From contig CT868163.1 of assembly GCA_000165425.1 (NCBI GenBank), forward strand, positions 372,001 through 436,000: DNA of 64,000 bases. Direction: 5' to 3'. Each line of letters begins with the position of its first letter. Within the stretch, counting starts at the first letter, position 1. This DNA comes from Paramecium tetraurelia (taxonomy: Eukaryota). A program made the position numbers and the translations under genes. This document shows, in pieces, positions 1-11,980 of the stretch. Below the pieces are notes generated by a model. That model did not search any database. It was not told the DNA's origin and saw nothing but the letters and a program-made list of their open reading frames with translations.

Positions 1-435
1 GAAAAAGACATCCTAATGAACATGTTTACATTAATAAAATAGTATATTAACAAATAATCATTAAAATTAATATATATTTTTATGAACATTTTAACTTTAT
101 TTAAATATATATATTCAAATATAATACAAAATGACACTAATATTTTGTAAGTCATTTAGTATAATAAATTGATATTTAGAAGTGTTGGGTGTAATATCAT
201 ATAATAATAGGTATGCCATATTAAATCATATTTTATAGGATTTCAATTGAAATCTGTGGATTGTTTAAAGTACCACAATTCAATTGATAAATAACATATA
301 ATTAATATATATATTGACAGCTCAGTAGTGATTTTAATTCATATTGAATCATATATCCGTTCTGATTATGTTAAACATAATCATTGTCATCATTGCAGAT
401 AATTTTTTAATTTTATTATTAATAATAATAATATA

Positions 436-1360
436 ATGTCGATTCAACTTCAATAGTAAATTAAGAATAATGCATTGGAAATCAAAGAATATATACACGA
501 TCTCTATGATTGGGAAGAGTCAGTGAACACAGCTTAAAAGCCATAAAAAAAATAAAATTAACAAATAGATCCAAACTCAGTGCCAATAAGAGGCAAAGTT
601 GAATAGGAGAAGCAATCTGAAATATTAAAGAAATAATTGAAAAGAGATTAGAATTCAGTGTAAAATTATTATGATGCTTGGAATAAAGTGGATGTGGATA
701 AATTGCTAGAAGAATCTGACGATCCCATAGTAATGGATGTTTACAAAAAACCCTAACAAACAAATATTAATAATAAAATAGTAATAAAAGGTGGTAGAAA
801 CGTAATTAAGTCGCAAGTGATTCTAAATAAAGAGCAAGCCAATGAATTATTTAAGCTATAAGAATTTTAAAAAGCCATTGAAAAATACACTGATTGCATT
901 TAAGAATTAAATTAGAAATAGTCCTTAAATGAGGAAGAATTAGAATAATTAGTAATAATTTATTCGAATCGAGCTCAATGCTAATTAAAATTACTTGATT
1001 ACAATCAAGCTTTATTAGATTGTAACAAAGCATTAAGTTTGAATAGCAACCATTAAAAATCATTGCTAAGAAGATCGACAGTTCTTTAAGAACTAGGAAA
1101 ATGGAAGGAAGCCTTAAAGGATAGTGAAAAGCTTGTTTTGTTAGGAGATCAGGATGCCAAACAAATAGTAGCAAAACTCTAGAAGAAAATTTAGGTGAAA
1201 AAGGAAAATGCTAGAAACTAATTGAAATAAGTCAAAGTAATTGATATTTCTAAATTAGCCTTTCATGAATGATTCAGTGACAGTCTAAGTTATTGATTAA
1301 GAAAAAGAAGACATTAATGTGGAGCTTAAATCGAATTATTTAAATGAAATAGACGATTGA
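436..1360 (+). CDS. TPR co-chaperone, RPAP3-like
   Basis: With TAR=Gln: MSIQLQQQIKNNALEIKEYIHDLYDWEE (RPAP3-like N-terminus); TPRs KEQANELFKLQEFQKAIEKYT..IYSNRAQCQLKLLDYNQALLDCNKAL; probable short intron near 1237-1260; TGA at 1358-1360. Confidence 0.75.
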
Positions 1361-1380
1361 TATCATTTATATTATATAAA

Positions 1381-2598
1381 ATGTTTGGGTAATATTTAAT
1401 TATACTCTACTCTTTCTTTAATGTAATTTCGGAAAAGATTGCTTCCAATTCATTCCTACTAACCAAAACCCTCCAATAATCCAATTTTATTAGCTAATAT
1501 GAAGGCATCAATCTACACAACTTTGACAATGAGTACTATGCTTTGACTCTGAGAATTGGAACTCCATTATAATTAATAGAACTCCTTGTTGATACTGGCT
1601 CTAGCGTAAAGAATTATAAATAATGAAGATATTGTGGTTGGCAAATTACACATGTGATAATTGTTCTATCCTCAATCGATATAAACCATATCTGTCATAA
1701 ACATATATAGATTTTAATTAAACTTATACATAAACCTATGGGTAAGGAGAATGTTCAGGCTAATTTGGACAAGAGTTATTTTCAATTGCTGATACACCAA
1801 TTAATACAAACCTCACCTTCCTATTGGCAAATCAAGTCTCTAATTTATCTGTACATCTATATGCATATTAAAGTTATAAAAAACAACATCAGGTATTATG
1901 GGGTTATCTAATTGGGATGAGCATACCAATATCTTTGAATCCGCATATTCAAATGGCTAAATTCAGTCTCCTCTATTTGGATTCTAGTTCTTGAATTCCA
2001 CTAGCGGATCCTAATTATTTTATGGCCAATTTAATTAATCTGTCCTTGACCAGACTATTTGGATTAAAACTAACATGAAAAAAATGTGGGTATCCTTCTC
2101 TACTAAAATTAGTCAACCGAAATTTTGGGAGTTCAAATTAATGAGGATGAATACATATACTTTGATGATCATAGTAGTATCTTTGATTCAGGAACTACTT
2201 GTTTATTATTAGAACAAAATGTCTATAACAAAATTTACAATGATTATCTTAATTGTAATTTAGACTGTGATTGCAATAAAGTGTATCCCAATCTTACATT
2301 CTTTTTTGAGGGTGCTAAGGTAACTGTACCTGATACTGCTTATAAAAGATATTTATATAATGGATCATGTTCAATGTGCATTGGTTAAGCAAAATCAACT
2401 AATATTCTAGGAGACCCATTTATGAAATAGTTTATCTCTATTTTCAACAAAAAAGAATAACTTGTTGGATTATATTAGACTCCAAAGATGTTCAATATTA
2501 GATATTGGTACTTTTACCTTGCTTTAGGAATATAACTACTATTCATTTGTGCATTAGTATACTACTAGATACAAAGAAAAATAATAGCTTTAGAATGA
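1381..2598 (+). CDS. Pepsin-family (A1) aspartyl protease with signal peptide and C-terminal TM segment
   Basis: YYALTLRIGTP, LLVDTGSS and IFDSGTT catalytic motifs, GIMGL, ILGDPFM, hydrophobic tail; several ~25-nt introns. Confidence 0.9.
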
Positions 2599-2636
2599 TT
2601 ATCATTTATGAGAAAATTTATTATATATTTATATAA

Positions 2637-3814
2637 ATGAGATGCTAAGTTTCAATTTAGAATTTACAAAATTACAAATGTTGTATACATATGTAAAATA
2701 ATAAATTCACACTTGCATAAGGAAGGATAAAATGAAATTAGTAGTAAAATTAGATCTGTACTTATGTATTATGGAAGGAAATTTAGGAATAAAAATTCAG
2801 AAGTTGTGCTTGAGTAAAACAATGGTGAACTAATATCAGCTCATAGGCCCTTATCAGCATTAGATGAGGAATTTACAAACAAATAATAAGATTTCACATA
2901 GGATATCTTTATATTTATGCATGCAATAGTTAGAATTCTAAACTTATAATAATCTTAGAGAGTATTTGTGATAACCATAATGTTATGATTAATAATGATC
3001 ATAATTTTTGTAGATATTTATAATCATGCAAATGCTTGATGATCTTATAAGAAAAATTGTTATTTTCTATTGTTTTAATCCTAGCTCTTTTTTATTATAA
3101 CAATGTTTTAATCCTTCCATAAATTATATTACTTTAGACAAATCCACCAAACTCTTTCATTTTAATTTAATTACATACTCACTGACAAATTGGAAAATTA
3201 CTTAATATTTGAATCCTAAACAGTATCTCTTAAATAAACCAAAATCTTTCAAGCCTATTACTAAAGTTTTCATGTGGAAGAGTTGCATCTTATATTTTCA
3301 CTTGGTTATTTTGTTTTCTGATTAAATATTAAAGTTGAATATAAAATAGCAAATTCTGAAGTTGATACAGCATAAAGGTTTCATCTCCCATTGCTAAATA
3401 ATTGGGTTAGTCTTCTCTAAAAATTAAAAACAAATCTATTATTGTTTCTTAAATTCATTATTAAAAAATTAGATGAGAAACTAAGATAGAAGAAAGAATC
3501 CAATGATTTGAAAGTTTAAAAGTACTCATGTATTTAAAAAAAATTAAATCTTTAATATCAGAATAATACCTATTTTTACATTAATTTCAAGTCATTTCTA
3601 AAAATAATAAGAATAAATTTGTTCATTCGTCAGTTGGTGGATCAAATATTCAATTTTCAATATGATATCGATCATAAATATATTAATTAAATGATTAATT
3701 TAGATTTTTATAAGGCTATTAATTAGATAGAAATATCATTTAATGAATTCTAAGCAATTATTAAATATTTTAATACTTAGATTCAAAATAATATCATCCT
3801 CTCTCTTAGAGTGA
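2637..3814 (+). CDS. Hypothetical protein
   Basis: Long TGA-poor frame from ATG 2637 to TGA near 3812-3814; no motif recognised; exon structure not resolved. Confidence 0.45.
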
Positions 3815-3912
3815 GGGGAAATAAACATATTTTGTAAAAAACATCAAAAATTATTTATTATCAACCTGGACAAATATTTTATAATTTTTATTTATTAATG
3901 TACTTTAAACAA

Positions 3913-4555
3913 TCATCTTGCACCCTTTCCTCTTCTTGCAGTGTGGCTAACATATGGCTTAGCATGAGATCCTGGTAGACCTGCTGCTCTGCCGAAATGT
4001 TTTAATTCTTCTCTCACTCTTGGTCCTCTCAATAATATTGTTCCTGTGCCTTAAAATAATTCATATATTATCATACCTGTTGGATTTTATTGTGCTAATT
4101 GATCGAATGTCAATGTTTTTCCACCAGCTGCAAGAATTCTCTTTCTGGCTGTTTCAGTGAATCTAAGTGCACAAATGTTAAGTTTAGGGACAGTAAGAAG
4201 TCGTACGCTAAAGGCATGATAGATATCCTTACTCATCTGTAACAGTGCCAACAACAACTAATGTTCTTGACTTATCTTTAGCAGTATTAATTTATTTGAC
4301 AAGTCTGCTTACACTAATTGGATATCTAGCAGTTCTGGTTTATTAAAGTCTTCTTAAAACTGTTGCATTGAAATTGGAATCTGTTCTTCTGGCTAAGAAT
4401 TTATATAACTATGATTAATTCATTCATTATTACCTTTATCAATAATTTCAAATAGAGGTTAGTTGATGTTACTTTTCTTCCTACATTTCTTTATACTCTT
4501 GTCTTTTTATATGCGTCGACTCCCTACCATGATTAATTGTGATATTCATTACCAT
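3913..4555 (-). CDS. RPL18: 60S ribosomal protein L18 (eL18)
   Basis: M/intron/[85 protein letters not shown]; four short introns. Confidence 0.95.
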
Positions 4556-4919
4556 TTTAAAAATAAATATATCTTTATTTAATTTATGTTATATAAATTC
4601 ACTATATAATTTTCATTATTTCACTTCCATAGAGTTAATTTCTCTCTTCTTTTTATTTCCCTTTGTTCATAATGTTATCTTATCTCAAATATATGTCTTC
4701 TTTATAATACTTGTTTCAATCATTAAACTTCACAATCTCTCAATAATTTTTAGCACAAAAACTAAAACAACTTTTTTTAAATTTTAATGTTTTCTATAAT
4801 TTTTCTTTTTCTATAAAACTATTGATACTAAATTTATATAACTATATTATTGACTAGCCACATAAAACAATTATTTATATTATAATATAAATATTAATTT
4901 CTTTGTTATTTACATCAAT

Positions 4920-6130
4920 TTATTCACATTGCTAAATTTTATTTCATCATAAATAGGGAAATCCTTTAAGCAATTGTATTTAGATTTATATTTTGAAATA
5001 ATCCTCATTTGAATACTATAAGTTTGAAACTCATGAGTTTATTTTTTCCGATCATCTTTCAGATTTATTTCAGTAATTCTTGTATCATAAATCATTACTT
5101 TTCTATTCCAAAACTCTATAGAGATATCTCCAATTGTCTATCTATTCTCCTAAATATTAGCTTACATCATTATAATAAAAGATCTTTTCATCTTCTTAAA
5201 ATTTTATTCTATATGGCAATTTTCATGGGTTTTTTGGAATGGGTCTAATTACTATTCATAATTCATTTTCACATAACCCCCAATAATTTTATATGGTATT
5301 TTCTAGATATTATTATTTCCATTGTAAAATTTAGTTAATGATAATTTGCAAAATTATCTGAAATATTAATTTTAAATCGCTTTCTTAATCATTTTTGTTC
5401 TTAATTCGTTTTAAGTATTCAAAAGCTTTTGATATTTGTTCAAGTTTTTTTGCCAATAAACTCAACTTATTAATTCATGTTAACCTAAAGGGGGAGATTT
5501 GTACTTTTGTTCTCCATAATTGTTATTCTATTATTTACAATTTATCGATAATCTTTTTTGTTCCTTCTAAAGAACTTTAGGGCAAAGAAAATACTAAGAG
5601 TTTTTTGAGATGTTAAAGCGGACTAGGATTATTTATTGAATATGACAATTAAATCAATAATTTAATCTTTTTACACTTAAAAATTGCTATTTCTTTGAAT
5701 GTTATTGACATATAAATATCCTTTCTTAATTTATTTATCTATAATATATCAATTATTAGATAGAAACTTCGTAGAATTCTTTTAAACTATGTTTCAATAA
5801 CAAATAAAGTTTTATGGAAAATCCATCATGAATATCTGCATATACAGAAAATAACTTTAACTAAACAGAATAACCATTTTTTTTAAGCATAAAGTTATTT
5901 GTTTATAGTTAAAAATAAAATTTAGTGTGGCGAGAAATTTCGATTACAATGAATCTGATTAAATTTATAGATATTCTCTTTCCCTTTTGATAATTTTAAT
6001 TTTATATTCAAATTTGAAACTTTTTAAAAATTCTCTTTAATTTTTAACATATTTGCACAAATAACCATTTAGATACCTTCTGTGTTTACAGGAATAAACA
6101 TAGAATGTACCTATTTTTCATTCTTAATAT
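4920..6130 (-). CDS. Hypothetical protein or degenerate gene (boundaries uncertain)
   Basis: Coding-like Gln/Lys/Asn-rich frames on the minus strand; no motif recognised. Confidence 0.3.
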
Positions 6131-7071
6131 AATTGAAATATATTTTCAATCTTCTCTATTAACTACATATGATAATTAAATGTAATTGTATGTAAATATT
6201 AACTTAGTCTCTTATATTTTATCTTAAAAAAAAAAAATGACTGTAATATTTTTTTGTTAAGTCAATCTTAAATACTACATAAATTATTTTTTGAATATCA
6301 TTTTATTTCTATTTATTTTGTGTTTTAAAATGCCACTCCCTATATGCGATGCTTTATCTAAATAATCTACGTATTACTAATCATTTTTTCTTATTATAAA
6401 ATAATTAACCTAATGAGCTTAGCAAAAAATATAGTAGATATAGCACTATATTTGATATTTTGAACGAATTAGAATATATAACAATAATTTTAAGAGATGT
6501 CACTTTTCTATTTTTTCAAATAATTTCTATCTTAAGTTTGTCTATTATTGCTATTGACTTGATAAAGTGTTTTTTACTTGATTTATATAATTGTGATGTT
6601 CAACACTAAATCTCAGTTTTATTCATCTTCCTTTTTCACATAGACTGATAGAGATGAGAGATACTAATGATTTGACAGGTATTCAATAAGAAGTAGAAAG
6701 GTGAGATGTTTCTCCTGACATTATATTATGGGGGGGGGATTCACTATTTTTAAGTTTGGATAATAATCTAATAACATCTATCTAATCATTTAGCCAACAA
6801 TAATTTCTTTATCTAAAAGATGCAGAAGACATTAAAGTCGAGGGATTGGAGTTCTAATCACAAAATGTAAATTTCAGGATTTCATTAACTACATCTGTTT
6901 ACTTACTCTAGGATACCTATGNNNNNNNNNNNNNNNNNNNNNNNNNNNNNNNNNNNNNNNNNNNNNNNNNNNNNNNNNNNNNNNNNNNNNNNNNNNNNNN
7001 NNNNNNNNNNNNNNNNNNNNNNNNNNNNNNNNNNNNNNNNNNNNNNNNNNNNNNNNNNNNNNNNNNNNNNN

Positions 7072-7470
7072 CACATAGACTGATAGAAATAAGAAATACT
7101 AATAACTTGACAGGTATTCAATAAGAAGTAGAAAAATAAAATCTCTCCTGACATCATACATAATTAAGTAATTCACTACCTTAAGTTTGGATAATAATCT
7201 AATAACATCTATCTAATCACTTAGCCAACAATAATTTCTTTATCTAAAAGATGCAGAAGACATCAAAGTCGAGGGATTGGAGTTCTAATCACAAAATGTA
7301 AATCTCAAAATCTCATTAACTACATCTGTTCACTTACTCTACGATACCTATATTCCATGATACTAACTATCAGAACAATTAAAGTCTCAGTAATAAGAAC
7401 CCCCTTAATATCATAATATCTGTTATAACAACCGCAAATCTCTCATAATCATGGGTCATTTGTAATTCAA
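7072..7470 (+). mobile_element. Degenerate APE/EEP endonuclease fragment, possibly a non-LTR retrotransposon remnant
   Basis: Across frames, in order: SPDIIHNQ (~PDIIxLQE), RHQSRGIGVLI (~RxxxGGGVxIL), TYIP, LIIMGHL (ggtcatttgtaat resembles ggtgattttaat, GDFN). Confidence 0.45.
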
Positions 7471-7566
7471 AATATTAATAATTGAATTATAACAATTGGT
7501 GTATCCAAATCTCTTAGGTATTTAAGCTAATTGAAAATCCAAATAAGTACATTAATTAAATAACAA

Positions 7567-7788
7567 ATGAAAGCCTTTCTTTTAGTATGCCTCCTTGCTA
7601 CATCTTTGATGGTTAATGCAGTTGAAATTCCTTAAGATAAAGTCCTAAGCTCACAATCAGATTACCCCAGCTTCCTCCACGTTGAATAAGTATGCCCTAG
7701 TTGTTGCTATGGTGTATGCTGCCAAAACTAAAGTAGCTGTGTTAAAGGAACGTGTAATTCACCAGTTGCCCCTTGGAATTGTATCTGA
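7567..7788 (+). CDS. Secreted cysteine-rich prepropeptide, copy A (73 aa)
   Basis: MKAFLLVCLLATSLMVNA-VEIPQDKVLSSQSDYPSFLHVEQV-CPSCCYGVCCQNQSSCVKGTCNSPVAPWNCI*; intronless; intact paralogue at 9772-9993. Confidence 0.85.
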
Positions 7789-9771
7789 GAATGATCGATT
7801 ATATATTCACATCATAATTAAGGCAATCATTATTATTGTACTTGTCTTCATTATCATTACTTTTTATTTTCTCATGTCTAAAACGAATATTACATATTTT
7901 TGAAATTGTTTAAATTTCAAATTTTTCCTTCTTTTTTTTCTCAATCTCATAGCATTAAAATACCCTTTCCATTCATATTTCCATTACATCTTTCTTCTTT
8001 TCTTTAGTGCATGTTGATTGACAATTCATTATTCTTAAAAGAAATTTTTTTGAACTGAGAATTTGAATATTAAATCTCAGAATTCATATTTCTTTATTAA
8101 GGCCCGAGCTTTCTAATTAGCATGCCAAAGAGATTCATTTAATCCGCTTTATTTATATGTTTGAAAATCAAATTTGTAATATTTATAAAACAAAAGTGTC
8201 TACACATTCTCACTCAAATTCTTTTAGTTAATTCACAATTTAAAGCTTAGACATAGCATATTCTCTAGCATATTTTTCGTAAAGATAAAATAAATCAAAA
8301 TAATTTTCTTTCCGTATAACAAAGGTAAAAATTAGATGGTCAATGCCATTAAATTGCCAAAATAATGTATTTACATTGATACTATATTATAAGCTCATTT
8401 TACTCGAATTTATTTATTATATACAAAATAAAGAGATTTAACATTGGAGGTTTTGCATGATTAAATAATTATATATTTTATNNNNNNNNNNNNNNNNNNN
8501 NNNNNNNNNNNNNNNNNNNNNNNNNNNNNNNNNNNNNNNNNNNNNNNNNNNNNNNNNNNNNNNNNNNNNNNNNNNNNNNNNNNNNNNNNNNNNNNNNNNN
8601 NNNNNNNNNNNNNNNNNNNNNNNNNNNNNNNTTTAGGTTTAGTTCCCCAATTTTGAAAGCCTTAAGCCATAAGCATTTTCTTTCAGGCAATATTTTTTCG
8701 TTAAAGGATAAAAATTAAATCAAAAATAATTTTTCCTTTCCCGTAAAACACAAAGGTTAAAAATTAAGTGGGTCCAATCCCATTTAAATGCCCAAAATAA
8801 TGTATTTACCATTAATACTATATTATTAAGCTCATTTTACTTGAAATTATTTATTAAATATTAATTTAAAGAGTTTTAACATTGGGGCCTTAGCTTAATA
8901 AAATATTTAAATATTTTATAATAAAATGCAATTGGTAAATCCATTTCTTTAATAATTGCCGTCTAATTTTTATTTATTAATAAATAAATTAAAATAGATA
9001 GTTCTATTATAAAAAAAAATGTTGTTAAAACAAAAAAAATTTTTATTGTTAAAATGCTATCTTTATAAATTAAATTACTTGATGTTTGATTATTTTGTTA
9101 AACTGAAATTAAAAAGAACAATTAATTGGATGTATATATATTTTTATAGGTTATTATTAAATGTGCTGCGCGTTGCTCCTTATTTATCGAAATTTCCTTA
9201 TAATGGAAGTTATAAAATCATAATTTATATTTCATTCTAATGCTCATTTAGATAACTTCATTAAAATTTAAGAAGATAGTATTATATTATTAAAAAATTT
9301 TTAAAATGCATTTATTTTCAAAGAATTTGATATTTTAATTTTTATTTAATAGAGTGCTCTATTTCATGTTTATGGTTACTTATTGTGTTATAATTCGGAA
9401 TACCGACCTTCATCAATTATTAATGCTATATCTGAAATAATGAATTTCTGCTTCTCTGCTTTTTTTTTAAAAATATACTAATCCCTTTCTGTTTTCATTT
9501 AATATTTGGTCGAGTCTATATGCATATTCTTGCAAAAATAATCTAGCCCTTCATATTAATTGTCAATTTTAAGACAAGAAAGGAGAATAATTGTTTTGTA
9601 GATCGAAAATCAAAAAATATTCAATTCAACACAATATGAAGTAATGCACAAAAGGTTTTATTTTAAAATTCAATCCATGGCAAAGTTTACAGCCATTGTA
9701 TTTCGAAAAAATGAGATTTTAATGATATAATGATTGTCTTAATTATGACTTGAATATATAATCGATCATTC

Positions 9772-9993
9772 TCAGATACAATTCCAAGGGGCAACTGGTG
9801 AATTACACGTTCCTTTAACACAGCTACTTTAGTTTTGGCAGCATACACCATAGCAACAACTAGGGCATACTTATTTGACGTGGAGGAAGCTGGGGGAATC
9901 TGATTCTACGCTGAATGTTTTCTCTTATGGAGTTTCAACTGCATTAACCATCAAAGATGTGGCAATGAGGCATACTAAAAGAAAAGCTTTCAT
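9772..9993 (-). CDS. Secreted cysteine-rich prepropeptide, copy B (73 aa)
   Basis: MKAFLLVCLIATSLMVNA-VETPQEKTFSVESDSPSFLHVKQV-CPSCCYGVCCQNQSSCVKGTCNSPVAPWNCI*. Confidence 0.85.
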
Positions 9994-10099
9994 TTGTTAT
10001 TTAATTAATGTACTCATTTGTATTTTCAATTAGCTTAAATACCTAAAAATTTGGATACACCAATTGTAATAATTCAATTATAACTGTGATTCCTATTGA

Positions 10100-11250
10100 T
10101 TCTAATTATATAATTCTTATTAACTTTTATAATGCACTCTACCATACATTAAGATGTTTTGGAACTCCAAATCATAAACCTTTCATATTTCTATTACACA
10201 TAAAGCCATTATTTGTGCTCTGAATCTGAAAATTAACAACAAATTAGAATTTTTTTTTTACTTAAAAGCAATTCTAAGTCGAGAATAATTTCAAGGATTC
10301 TTTTAGTTATAGCAAAAGAATTCCTAATGATTAAAAATATATAGATTTTATTATAATTTTGAATAGAAGTGATAGGTTTAGAAGAATTTAGTTATTGTTG
10401 AGAGTTGAACTCTACTAATGGATTATGCAATAAAAATGATATTTATAGAGCTTAGGTGGGTAATTATTACTATTACTGCATATATATTATGTTATTATAA
10501 TATAATGTATATACAAAAAATCCAGTACTTTTATCTTTATGAAAAATATATGTGTCTCAAAAAAATAAGAAGAAGTAATTAGAAAGGTTTGATCAATTTC
10601 TATAATAAAAATTTAAGGGAACACTCTAAATGACATGTTTAAGAAGTTACACTTTGGTAAATTTTATAAGCTATAAAGAATTCAAACTTCATCAAGATAT
10701 CATTTTTAATATGATTTCTTTATAATCTTTTATAGCTTTATATATTCCACTTTGATTTTGTTTTCAATGTTATTAAAATAAATTTGCTAAATAGTTTTCC
10801 TGTTTTTAACATTTTCTAAAATATATATTAATACAAAATAAATTCTCCGTTTAAAAATGAAATCTGATATAATAATAAAGGGGAAAGAATTGCATTAAAT
10901 TGTAAAAATGGAGAATTTCAAAAAAGAGATAAATGAATAAGTAAAAATCTTCTAAATGATAAAATCGTCTTAAATGTATTGTAGTGAATTATTCAAAATC
11001 CTGTTCTAAATATTAATAGAGATTAATTTTTGCTTATTTATGAATTCGAACTATAAATCTCAACTTAAAATTGATTATGATGGATGATTTATATATATGG
11101 ATGATATAATTCATTCTCTTATAAATTAAGATTGCTTTTTTTATGTAGAATATTTGATATGATGATGGAATTGACACATTTAGTTATAAATGAGAGATCG
11201 ACTACCTCTTTGGAATCTTTAAATTTTTATTCCCTTTAAGTTATCCCTAA
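10100..11250 (+). pseudogene. Possible decayed Cys-rich surface-protein gene remnant
   Basis: Scattered fragments (TNGLCNK, RLKCIV, KSCSKY, YDDGI) interrupted by stops and frameshifts. Confidence 0.2.
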
Positions 11251-11980
11251 GAACTTTCAGTGTTTTTAACAATTTTATTATTTTATAATTTGTTTATTTG
11301 CTTAAGTAAATTCGTTTATATGCTTATTACTATCAATGATTTTTGCATTTCGACTTTTTAAATTTGCAAACAAATAATTCCTATGTTGTTTTTTTTGATT
11401 TTTGGACATCTTCTAAAATTTTTATTATTAATCAAGATGAATTCAAATACAATATTTAATAATATAATATCAATATGTTATAAAACAGTGTAACCATAGA
11501 TTGTTCAGAGTTCTTAAATTTTAATCAACTGCTTTAATTTAATAGAGTAAATTGATAAAATAAAATAATTCTTAGTGCACATAGTATTAAATTTGATTAA
11601 AAGCTAATACAAAATAAATAGCTACTAAGGTGTATAAATATCTAATTAATAATTACGGTAAAATTACTAATTTATATCATTCTAAATGACGTTTTTAAAC
11701 TATTCCTTCCTTATGGTTTAAATTATTCTAAAATTTAGACCATTTTAGAGAAGAGCTCTCTACTTGAAAATAAATATTCTATTTAAAATTAACACATCCT
11801 AAAATGAGAATTAGAAATATTCTTTCATAAATTTAAATTAATTGTCTTTGAAATAGGAATTATAAAGATTTATTTAATTGTTTTATATTTTAATCATATA
11901 TTCCTTTAAATTACTGAATTCTAAAATAAAATATATTGATTAAAGATGATTTGAAATTATACTTTTAATAAAATAAATTA

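Larger units (their letters stand above)
7479..10080. repeat. Inverted repeat, arms ~7479-7809 and ~9751-10080
   Basis: The reverse complement of 9751-10080 aligns with 7479-7809, including ~88 nt upstream of the ATG and ~21 nt after the stop. Confidence 0.95.

Noticed and set aside
6636..7350. Direct near-repeat 6636-6921 versus 7072-7350
   Set aside because: The copies sit on either side of an N gap and one shows error-like changes (G run); most likely overlapping contig ends
7682..7903. Supplied 73-aa ORF (MNKYALVVAMV..)
   Set aside because: Off-frame shadow of the Cys-rich peptide gene; its 3' part is not conserved in the second copy
8230..8920. Direct near-repeat flanking the 8482-8631 gap
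   Set aside because: The second copy shows homopolymer-type noise next to the gap; assembly or base-calling artefact
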